Source: Phallusia mammillata (taxonomy: Eukaryota). Taken from it: DNA of 64,000 nucleotides. Position 1 is the first letter of the stretch, and every line of letters starts with the position of its first letter. The stretch spans positions 5,022,001 through 5,086,000 of the forward strand of contig OZ281497.1 of the NCBI GenBank assembly GCA_965637545.1. Direction: 5' to 3'. The translations under genes were made by a program, and so were the position numbers. The notes below the pieces were generated by a model. That model saw nothing but the letters and a program-made list of their open reading frames with translations. It had not been told where the DNA came from and did not search any database. Of this stretch, positions 43,950-55,466 are shown in pieces.

Positions 43950-46900
43950 TTTTTATCTAATAAGTTGGTTGTCTGGCGCCTCGTGCTCGACAAGTTGCCC
44001 GAAAACGTTGGTATTTTGTTTTGTTTATGCGGTACGATGCTATAGTTCCACGGTTAGTGTTACAGAGATACTGGTAAAAGGAAACTCCACAGAAAAAAAC
44101 AACCAGTTTCTCACTTATTTTGCTCCTTATGAATCAAAAAGACAAAACCTTTCAAAAATTACGAAAAAAGCACTCATTTTTGCAGTACGATACAAAAAAG
44201 CAAGTAAAACAGCAGTTTCCTTGCACCTTATATATTTTTTGTGAAACTATTGCTTACCCGGTTCGGAAACAAGATTTTGTTGGCCAATACAGGTCCAATA
44301 CACTCACAAGAGTGAAGTGTAGCCGGTGAACCGTACCAGGTTCAAAATATTAAATCTCAGAACAAATTTCAGTAAGAACAAATCAATTGATTAATATTGC
44401 TTTGATTCCGAAAAAAACATTGCAGCAGAATGTCGCGTGAATCGTATTGGTTCTCTAATACAAATAACCAGGCATCTAGATAAAGTTAGGAAATATTTTG
44501 CACCTGCACATGTTGTCTTTCTCTCAACGGCCCTGTGTGACTTGTGCAGTTTCCTGAAGCATTCTTATTGTTTACATTGTAGGCGAATGTTTTGTGGCCC
44601 GTTCCGCCATCGCCGATCAATGACCTTCAAAACCTTAAGAACTTTGGTGAAACAATTAATGATGTCGGTTTTCACACGTATATCCCTGATTCCGCTGAGA
44701 TGATGTATTTTACTCTGCACACGGAACGAGTTGCGTACAATGGAATGAAAACTGACCTCAAGGGGATGCAGGAGTTGCTCTGTAATGCGATAAAGGGCGA
44801 CCACGTGGCTGTTATGCATTCCTCAAAACGTTTACCAGGTAAAATGCAATTTCGTAATACTACATATTTTTAATAAGATACTACCATTATTTATCATCAA
44901 CCTGAGGTAAATTACACAAAACGCAGTAAAGCAGTGAGCATTTTAAGGCAGCGCAGCGAAGGTGCAGTTGCAGATCGTTTAACCTTGATCCACCAATTGT
45001 GACCTCTGCTGCAATACATTCCAAAGATATGTAGCTATTTTGTTGCTCAGACGCTATTCAATGCAATGCTGATCCTTCGCTTTTCGCAGCCAAGCTAAAT
45101 GAAACTAACTTAACAAAAGCAGGCATTACATAAAATGTGTGCAAATACCTCAAACCGCAACAGCACATTAGTAAGTTAAAGTTGAACGCAACAACACACG
45201 TAGTAGGTTAAATCGTAGGATATCAGCTAAATCAAAACACTACTTAAACACTACAGGGCGACAACTTTAACCTACATGTTGTCTGTTTAAAATTAGACGA
45301 ACTTACTTTTAGCTTACCTTTGTTTCAAACTTTTTCAGAAACCTTCGTCACACAACCGCAAACGACAAAAAACACAATCCACATTAAAAGTAACACGGAG
45401 ATTGCCTTTAACGTCGAGTACAAAGTAACCGTGCCAGACCTGGTCGATTCCGATGTGAAGATACAAAACAGGGCCCAGGTGGTATTCGATCTTTGCGGCT
45501 CCTCTGTTCAGGATTTGGTTGGTGAGATCTTTTCTCCCAACTATCCTCAACCTTATCCGAACTCTGCTGACATCGCGCGGCTAATTCGTGTGCCTGATGA
45601 TAAAATAGTTCAACTTAATATCATTGACACAGATATCGAGGAATGCTGCGACCGACTTACCATCTATGACGGTAGCTCTGTTAATGGACCAGTTATTGCC
45701 GTTTTTTCGAGTTCATTGACTAATCAGAACAGTTTGTACCAGTCCACCGAAAATAGTATGTCTTTACATTTTACTTCTGACCTTTCAGGGTCAAAAAGTG
45801 GTTTTAAAGCGACTGTTTCTACTGTTGATGGTTTGACTGCTGACCTGTACCCAAAAACATTCTCTCATGTGCAAGAAAATCCAATAGTTTCCAATTATAA
45901 TGCTTTAAATTGTTCTGGCACAGAGGATCTATACCCCGAATCGTGTGCTTACTATTCTTTAGCTTCACCCAATTATCCTAGCCAGTATTTTAACGACATT
46001 GACTGCTGGTGGTACATTCGCCCCCCTTATCAAGAAAACCTGATAGTCTCCTTGGAGATTACCTACCTCGACTTGGAAACAAACTACGATTATCTCCGTT
46101 TATACGACAGTAGTTTATTACTTGCTGAATTAACTGGAACGACTTACTCCACTGAGTCATATATTGCTGTCGTTTATATGGCTGTTAACTTTGCGACCGA
46201 CAAATCAGTAACAAAAGGGGGCTTTCTTCTGCAGTACGGAGCATTGCCTTCACCACAGTGCAACGAAACTGAACAATTAGATGCCCACCCTACCTTTTAT
46301 CAAACAATCCAATCACCAAACTACCCATTTTATTACTATAATATGCTCTACTGTTCTTGGCGTATCTACTCGCCTTATTCTGGTTGGGTGATACAAGTAT
46401 CTTTAATTCAGCTTAACCTTGGAAATACGGAAGATAATTTGATGTTTTACGATGGCCATGACCAATTTTATCCACAGATACCTTATGGGTCTCCATCGAC
46501 TCCATATTTACGTTCGACTGGGCCATACATGTCGATTGTATTTACTACTGATGATAGTTTTCCGGGTACCGGCTTTATTCTTTCGTATGGGTTATTTGAC
46601 ACTTACAAACTGGTACGAGAAAATAACGCAATAGCTGCCTGTTACGACGCACAGTACATGGACATTGACCCTTATTCTTACCTTTACATATCGTCGATTA
46701 ATTACCCCGGTATGTACGATAGCAATTTATCTTGTACTTGGAAAATCCAAACAATGTATCCAGGACATGGTATTGAATTACAACTTAACGATGCCCGCTT
46801 TGGTCAAGGCGATGGTTTCGTTGTATACGACAGTTGGAATTCAACCTCTATCGTTATATCTGTGCATTCAAACACTCGTAACCGTTTCTTTGTCAACTCC

Positions 46901-47340
46901 AGGCAAATTACCATAACGTTTACTTCTGACGCAAATTACAACGATTACGGCTTTTTGATTTTGATGAAAGCCGCGCCAATGATCCCTGCCTGCTACGGAG
47001 TTGAAACTCTTGATATTTACGCTGATCCCACTTATCTAACATCACCTAACTACCCAAATGGGTTATACAACTACCAAGTGTGTACATGGACTATACACGG
47101 CCATACCGGAGATTACATAATGCTCACAGTGCACGACCTTTGGCTCGATGATAACGATAGTGTTTCTATCAGCGATGGACCTTCTACAACCGATCCTTCC
47201 TTGGCAGTGTTCTAACAAAATTACTTTGAGTTGCCCTTGTATTCTACTGGTCATTATATTACTTTGCAATTTTATTCCTTGCATAGTTTCTACCCGGGTT
47301 TAGGTTTTCGATTCCTATTCACTCCCCAATCTACTGGGTA
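43950..47340 (+). pseudogene. Second 5xCUB gene, probably disabled
   Basis: The 631-aa ORF 45320-47215 ends at TAT>TAA inside CUB5, and the rest of CUB5 continues to ~47340. The 5' exons lack the ATG of copy 1 and carry TGG>TGA (~44313) and a frameshift. Conserved CUB1 Trp is Arg. Confidence 0.7.
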
Positions 47341-48255
47341 ATCTCTTTATAAATCAGCTCCTTTAAAATAATTGGATTTTGTGGAGATATATAATTATTT
47401 ATTGGTGTCGTACCTTAATGTAGGCTGTTGAAAATGAATGTCAAACAGACATTGCATGCTTTATTCAGACGCAATTACTTAAATTGCAACGTTTGGGTAA
47501 TGCATGGTAGCAGGGGCAATTTTAAAGTGGTGCAAAAGCAAATCATTTTATATAGGTATAAAATAAACCTGTGAACCGAAATACCACAAGCGTGTCATAC
47601 TATGTAGTTCAGCCAATACAAGAACGAACAGAACAAAACTAGCAAAATGGCATAACATGAATCTAAAACGACCCTCACTTTTGTTAAACATTGTGTTCCC
47701 TTTTTTGACGCCAATTTACCCGTGTCTTGTGTGTATTGCGCGTACTGATTAAATAGAGGTGCGTGACAATTAAGGTACACAATATCTTCTGATAACAGGC
47801 AAACAAACAAGCATAATTTCACAGGAAGTGTTAAATGTCACCACATTTTGCGGTAAAGTTTTCATTTTATAAAAAGCTTTTGAAAATTTTATGTACAGAA
47901 ATTTAAGAAAAATAAACAGTTTTAGGGATTATAACAATACAAAAAGAATTCATTTGCATGTAATATAAAATAAAACATAACTAATGACGATTTGCTCATA
48001 AAGTAGTTGTATGAACTGTACAATGTGGGAGCATATACACATTCGCTACAAATTTCGACAAAACTTACAGTATATATATATATATACCATACACGCTTTG
48101 CTACCTAAGCGCCTTAAATTTTAAGTCATGAATTCTTGGAAGCGAATACAACACAAAGCATAAAACAAGCACATTTGTGCTTTGTATCGTTGGTAGGTAG
48201 CCTATGCATTGGCTATCGTACGTTCGGATATTGCTTGAGTGCAGCAGCACCACGA

Positions 48256-51200
48256 CTAACAACACTGCATGATTGCTTGTCTAATATCATCATCTAGAAT
48301 GCAGTACAGCAGGAAGACAACGATTCCCTGCGATCCGTTTACCACAGTGTGGATGTACATCAACACCTCGTTGGAAATTTCGTTTCCGATTCCTGTAAAA
48401 AAGTGACATTTTTAGGCTTCTTGTGTCCGCCTTGACGTAAACCTACACTGAGTTGAGTTTATTTCGTTGGGTGAAACCATAGTCTTTACAAAAAAATCGG
48501 AAACGAAATTTATGTAAAGGCTATGGTGAAACAAATCGTAGCAGCACAATTGCGAAAATAGCTGCGCAACGTTGAGACGTTATTAAGTGCGCCAAAGCAG
48601 ATGGCACAATTGGTGGATGGATGGTAAACGCGCTGCAACTACACTGTTAAACTGCAACCCTACAGTTTGCATGTAGCCAAGATGTATATCACATACCTAA
48701 TGCGTAAACACAGTGAAATCAGAGCCTATGTCGCGCTACAGCAAGCCAACTAAAAATTTCGTTTTTTGAACTTTGGGACACAATTCTTTTTTCCCCATTC
48801 CGGTAGACAGTTCGTTAACAGAAGAAACTTGCCAAGTCCAGTCATAAACTGAAATATTCCATGGAAACACACTTTAAACTCTTATCTCAATATTGTTGTC
48901 TCCAATTTCTTGGTAGAGCTACTAACATAAGAACTCACAATAGACAAAATTTGCTAAATATCAGTAGATGTCGTATAGAGCAGTGGTTCTCAACCGCCGG
49001 TCCGTGGACCGGCACCGGTCCGCGTCAACGTTTCGTCCGGTCCGCCAAATATATTACAATTTTATATCTCATTTGCAAAATGCAAGATGTTGAAGGCAGA
49101 GAAATCGTGTGGAAGTCAACGCTCTACTTCGCCTTGCAGAAACTTCATTAGAACCGCGTTTAACACGCATGATATCAAACAGACAGCAGTAAACTTCCCA
49201 TTTAATTGAATTTTTCATACTTTTTTGATCTGCATATTTTTGTCGTGATGACATTTTGGGTTGATTTTGATAGTGCACCGGTCCGCAAAATTATTTTTGA
49301 AAGTTTACCGGTCCGCAAACTTAAAAGGTTGAGAACCACTGGTATAGAGCGCAGTAATTTTTATTAACAGTGAGACTACATGGTACGGTTAGAAACATAT
49401 TTTTATTCGTTCTTGCTCTTTGCGCCACCTAACGGTTAGCAAACTTGTCTGGTGTGATTTTTATGTTAGTAGATTTTCTCAATTTCTTACCTATGAAGAA
49501 ACCAAATGCCCACGTTCCTCCAAGCATGAAAAATAGAACGAAAAATGATTTTGCTGCTTTCAACGCGTCTTCTTCATCGGGGGACTCTCCTCTGTTCCGC
49601 ATCTTTCTGGAGTGGTACATGACACGAGTCGTCTTCAAAACGATGAAGAAATTGACAAGTAGGGCAAGGCCGAGAGGTGCTATGTTGGAGGCGTAGAAAA
49701 TAGGAGTGCCCGGTGCCATCCAGCACCTGTCATACTTAGAAATAAGTGATGTTTGGTTTAGAACAGTTTGACACTGTTCGTATAATGGTTGAACTTTCAT
49801 GTACAAGCCCTGAGAAAAGCCCACACCCGCAGCAATGCCCACTATCAGAAGCGGAAGGACCCAGCCAATCAAAACGAAGATCTTGTAACGATTGTCGGCG
49901 TCCTGGGTTTGAAAGAAATATGGAAAGGAAGTTGCCATTAGCAGACGGGTGCCTTCCACAAGAAACCACATTCCTAAAATGTAAGCTGATTTATGCCAAA
50001 GGTTTATACAACATACAAGGTTATAGGCAGGGTTGCCATACCGTCTCTATTTCTAAGATATGTCCTTATTTTTCAGAGCAATGTCTTAAAAAAATTTTGG
50101 GTCCTGATTTCTAAGAAATGTCCTTGTTTTTGACTCGAGTCCTTAGTTTGTCTTATTTTCAACATTTACAAGTATAATCCCTGCTACAAGCAAAAGTAAA
50201 CCAAGACCTGAGCTGTCATGAGATGTATACAAAGCATTTTCTACGCAAGGAGTAGCTGGAAGTTAAAACAGATAGTTTTGGGCAAAAAAACGTCGAAAAC
50301 TGCTGGAAGAGCAATACTCGTTTATATATAATTATGATGTTATAGAAACAATTCATGAACCTGTAGACAGCAATAGGTAGTGGTTGATCAGGGCAAGCAT
50401 CATGCATGGAATCTCGTCAATAACTGCAAGATCATGTGCTACGTTGAACGTGTGAAGAAGGAGAAGTGCCACTGACAGATTGATTTGAACTTTAACCCGA
50501 TCACGGTCTCCTCCAGCCCAGCGAAGGATTGCTATAGTAACCACCAATGTCAGAATAGATACGATTTCCGTCGCATACGCAGTGATCTAAAATAACAAAA
50601 GTAGGTAAGAAAGAGGAATTTTTTTCATAAGACACTTCCCAAGTACCGTTACTGTATCATTCGACAAAGTTTGTGTTTTGTATACGTAGCTTAAATCGAG
50701 TAAGAAATTGAGTGTCCCGTGAACCCTGGTCTTCATGAACGCTTCAGGCCTGATCTCAGTTAAGAAGTTATGTTCATCTTAACTGATTACTGGTCAACCT
50801 GGCGATCCTCTAGTACGAAGCTGACATGTGCAGCATACAAGGCAAGCAACAGTGCTTGTGATTCAACTTTTGACGTATTCACCACTGAGCTTGCGTAGCT
50901 CAGTTTATAGAGCGCAAGCACAAGGATGGCTCCTGTTGTGGGTTCGAATCCCAACGCAGGCTAAACTTTTCCATCCCACGCCTTGTCATATGCGAGTGCT
51001 TGATGCCCGCTGATTTGGTAAAAAGCATTCGATGGACCTGATTATGAATACAAAATCCGATCGAGTTTTGAATACCTTACATCTATGGTGTTTGTACGTA
51101 AAAAGTTTGATACTAAAGAAAAATAAGTTAATTGAGTGTTCGAAACAGACAAAATCTTCACAATCAGAGGTTTACCTTTACACCCATGGGTAGAATTACA

Positions 51201-52365
51201 GTGGTCGCCGCAAGAAGAACGGTGAAAATGGTGAGATGGTTGCATTTGCAGGAAACTTTGCCTTTTGAGTCAACAGCGCTGGTGCATCCTTCGTTAGAAT
51301 ACTTCAGTGTTTTTCTATCGAAGAAAACGCAGGCTGGATCTAGTTTGCCTGAGCTTAACGAGCCCTTTGCGTTCTTGTTTGCTTTTTCAATGACCATACA
51401 GCCTGGTCCCAGGGACATAGGTGGGACTTCGAAGCTGATGGTGCCTGAAAGTCTTTTAGCTCCACCCCATGCGTTGCCAGAAGAGGACTTGAAGCTATCA
51501 GCATTCCAGCCATCAATTACAAGAAAAGTTGTATCTTCCGTAGCTATGTATTTTTTCATCATCAGTGAGCTTGGTTCAACTGGTTCATCTTGGGCTTGTT
51601 CTGTTACATTGAGACTGAACGCGTACGCTGATGCCACAAGGCGGTTAGCGCCATTGGGTTGCAAGGTTAGGTTAACATTGGTTGGTCCTAGTTGGATTGA
51701 TGTGTTGTAAATATCCTGGGATACGTTTGTAACTTCAATAAACAGATGACCGCTTCTGGAGTTTTGAATGACTTGGTTCTCATCCGAAACCACACGAGAG
51801 ACGTTCATGAGCAAATTTTCGATTTGCTGCAAATCCTTTAGGTCAGAAGGCTTTCGGTTTCCTTGTAGGGTTTGAAGCTCCGGTAGTGGATAAACTGTTT
51901 AAAATACAAAGAGAAAATCAATATTTGTGCTGTCTAACCCAGGTTGTGAAACTCGTTTAGTACTCTGGCCTTGAATTTACTTTTGACAAAAATCAAAATG
52001 CAATTAAGTCTTGAAGTTGCGTTGTTGCATCACAACAAGGGTAGTTTGTTAAACTCTTAGGATTGTCATTAAGTTGTACAGTTTTGGCAATCTCCATAAT
52101 TTTTATTTTTTAGAGTATTAATGGAAAAAAATCTTTGTCGCTTCGAGGGGCCTATTAAACAGACGTGAGGCAAGCACACGTTTACGGTTGAAAATCGTTC
52201 AACTTTCTTAGTCAACGCTGATATATTTATATACTTACTCACAAGCTGTCAAACTTTTGACAAACTGTCAAACAGTTGTACGTACCGTGCCCTACGATAT
52301 GACATGGTTGAGTTTGATGGACTACGATATGCATGGTTGCCAATATCAGAACGAATCTCCCTCGT
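48256..52365 (-). CDS. Adhesion GPCR (GAIN/GPS + secretin-like 7TM), copy 1; start codon exon not located
   Basis: CVFFD...GC...CKCNHL/TIFTVLL GPS; TM segments ...KVQINLSVALLLLH...CMMLALINHYLLLSTGMWFLVEG...IGWVLPLLIV...RCWM...AAKSFFVLFFMLGGTWAFGFF...NGSQGIVVFLLYCILDDDIRQAIMQCC*. Five exons in phase. Confidence 0.9.
48981..49341. mobile_element. hAT-type MITE in last GPCR intron
   Basis: TIR CAGTGGTTCTCAACC; perfect 8-bp TSD GTATAGAG; absent at the homologous site (~56115-56135) of GPCR copy 2. Confidence 0.92.
50028..50300. repeat. CAGGGTTGCCA-headed repeat; further copies at 56777-57070 and reverse at ~61750-62029
   Basis: Shared CAGGGTTGCCATACC...TTTCTAAGA...TGTCCTTATTTT blocks. Confidence 0.75.
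50888..50962 (+). mobile_element. tRNA-derived SINE head or tRNA pseudogene in GPCR intron; twin at 57652-57726, relative on - strand at ~23085-23150
   Basis: TAGCTCAGTTTATAGAGC (A box/D arm), GGTTCGAATCC (B box/T arm) and a pairing acceptor stem, but no proper anticodon stem. Confidence 0.7.
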
Positions 52366-53885
52366 CTGAAGGCACGAAAAAAGAACGACACCATGTTTTA
52401 AATTTAACAAAAAGCTTCAAGAGTTAACAATTTCCAATTTATACGTCTTTTTTGGACAAGACATTGTAAAAAAAAGAGCTTGGGCCCCATTAAATGTCAA
52501 AGCTTTGCATAAATGGCGTATCGAATCTCTTTTGTTGACAAATATCTATTCTTAACGTGCCTCTGGCTTTGTAGGGTATTGTAAATTACATTCTTTACTC
52601 GTTTGTGTCTTTATATTACCCAGAATAACGTTGGGACCATATGTTTTTAAACGTCAACCGGAATACCGCGGATTTACATTATGACATTGCTTAATCCTAT
52701 ACCATTAAGTAACAAGCATACGCTGCAAATGCCAGCCTTTTCCAGGTTTTTTTAAGGTTTGGTTTGGGTGACCACTAAGTAGTTTTAAGAGACCGCAAGT
52801 GTTTCATTTAAATACCAAAAAATAGCCAAATTTGCTTAAACCAAATTTTGGGAAACCGCTGGAGAAATTTGGGTTCGGGTAGGGCTTCAGGCTTATACTT
52901 TTGTTTTAGGGCCCGCTTACAAATCTGGACAGAAGTTACCGGCGGCGTCGACAATACACTATTTCGACTGAACGTAGTCTTAATGGCCCTAGTTGGGGCA
53001 CCTACCTCGGCAAAACACCTTTGCCCCGACTTACAATAATACGTTATCAGTTAGCGATATATGGATGATTGCTAACATACTACAATATCAATATATCAGA
53101 TTAAACTAGACTAGTTTAGACCATATTACACTGTACTGGACTAAAATAAAATAAACTGTACTATACCAGGCAAGGATCATGAGACTATAGAGTAGATTAA
53201 TATAACGCACGGAGACATTAGTGGCTAGTGCTCATGTGTCGTACTTGAACGTTTGCTGTATTTTGTGTCATGCGCTTTGCGTATACGCCATACATGTTTT
53301 TAGTCAGACGGACGCTGCTGTCTAGTGTTGTTCTTTCATTTTAGTGAGTCAGATCGCGCATTTTCCTATTTTAACTTCAACGTTGCGTGACGAAAGTTAA
53401 AGCAGGGATCACCAACCCTATGCCCGCGGGCACCTGGTCGCCCGTTGCATCCTTTCCAGTCGCCCGCGACACTTGTTCTGGAAATAGCCAGTTGCGCTTT
53501 TAGTTTACACAAAATGCTGCGCCTTACGTAGATTAAAAGTAATGGAACACGTTTATCTACCATGGGCCAGTGGTACGCTAAAATGTTGAAGACCAGTGGC
53601 GGCTCGTGCCTAAAATTTGTGGGGGTGCTGCTCCAAATTTTTGCCTTTATTGAACATATATAAGTTGACAATATATATGAAGCTACATTTCTAGTTTTCT
53701 AGCCATTGTTTTGTGTAGAAAAACAAGTAACACAAATCTTAATTAGCTACTCCATTGTGACGTAATTTTTGTTACGCAATAATGTACACGAGTATAAACA
53801 GCAGAAGATATCATTTGTGTATTTTGTTTACTTGCACAGCGACGGGCCAAACACAATTACATTCAGTAATAATGTGGAACAAAAA

Positions 53886-54575
53886 CAGTACATGGATATT
53901 AACCCTTATTTTTACCTTTACATATCGTTGAATTACCCCGGCATGTACGATAGCAATTTATCTTGTACTTGGAAAATTCAAACAATGTATCCAGGATATG
54001 GTATTGAATTACAACTCAACGATGCCCGCTTTGGTCAAGGCGATGGAATCGTTGTGTACGACAGTTGGGATTCAACTTCATCTGTTATATCTGTGTAATC
54101 AAACACCCCTAACCGTTTCTTTGTCAACTCCAAGCAGATTACCATGACGTTTACTTCTGACGCAAATTACAACGATTACGGCTTTTTGATCTTGTTGAAA
54201 GCCGCACCAATAGACCCTGCATGTAACTAAGGAGTTGAAACTCTTGACATTTATGATGTACCGACCTATCTTACGTCACCAAACTACCCAAACGGATTGT
54301 ATTCCCTATAAGTGTGTACTTGGACCATGCACGCGCACAGTGGAGATTACATAATGCTTACTGTGCACGACCTTAGTATTAATGATTACGACCATGTTCT
54401 GTTTTGGGATGGATCGTCTTCAGCGGACCCTTTCTTGGCAGAGTACTATCAAAATTCCTATGAGTCACCTTTGTATTCTACTGGCAACTATATGACAGTC
54501 CAGTTTGTTACCATGCACAGTCTTTACCCTGGTTTAGGTTTCCGATTTCTACTCACTCCCCAAACTACTGGATGA
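53886..54575 (+). pseudogene. Third CUB copy: CUB4-CUB5 fragment with three in-frame stops
   Basis: Aligns to 36580-37277. Stops at ~54096 (TAT>TAA), ~54228 (TAT>TAA) and ~54308 (CAA>TAA). The 5' part is absent. Confidence 0.88.
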
Positions 54576-55466
54576 TTTCTATTATAAATCATCTCCTTTA
54601 AAAACAATTGGATTTTGTGAAGATATATAACTAATTATGGGTGTCATACCTTAATGTAGGCTGTGGAAAATGAATGTTTATTTAAACGCAATTACTTAAA
54701 TCGCAACGTTTGGGTAATTAATGGTGGCAGGGGCAATTCAAAGCGGTGCAAAAGCAAATCATTTTTTGGGTATTAAATAAACATGTGAATAGAAATACCG
54801 CAAGCGTGTAATGCTTATGCAGTCCACCGAATGCAAAAACGAACGGAACGAAACTATCAAAGTGGCTTCAAGTGAACGTCTAACGAGCTTCCTTTCTGTA
54901 ATAGTCCCTTTTTTCCAACGCCTCAAGTTCACTTTTTTCGACCCCAATTCACCCGTGTCTTGTGTGTATTGCGCGTACTGCTTAAATAGAGGTACGTGCC
55001 AATGAAGGTACACACTACCTCCTGATAACAAGCAAACAAAAGAGCATATTAACGCGACGAAGTATTAAATGATACCACTTTTTGCGATAACGTTTTCATT
55101 TTTCATTATAAAAAGCTATTGCAAATTTTATTTGTACAGAAACTTGGTAAAACAAACTTTGTAAGGATTATAGCAATAAAAAACAATTCATTTGCATGTA
55201 AATATAAAATAAAACATAATAAATGACGATTTGCTAAAAAAAGTACAATGTTGGAGCCTATACACATTTGCTACAAAATACGATAAAACTTACAGTTTAT
55301 ATCATACACGCTTTGCTAACTATGTGCCTTAAAATCCAACATTGTGAATTGTTGGTCACAAATTCAACACGTACCACAAGCACATTTCCATTTTGTATTG
55401 TTGATAGGTGGCACATACGTTCGTTATCGTACGTTTGGATGTTGCTTGAGTGCAGCAGCACCACGA

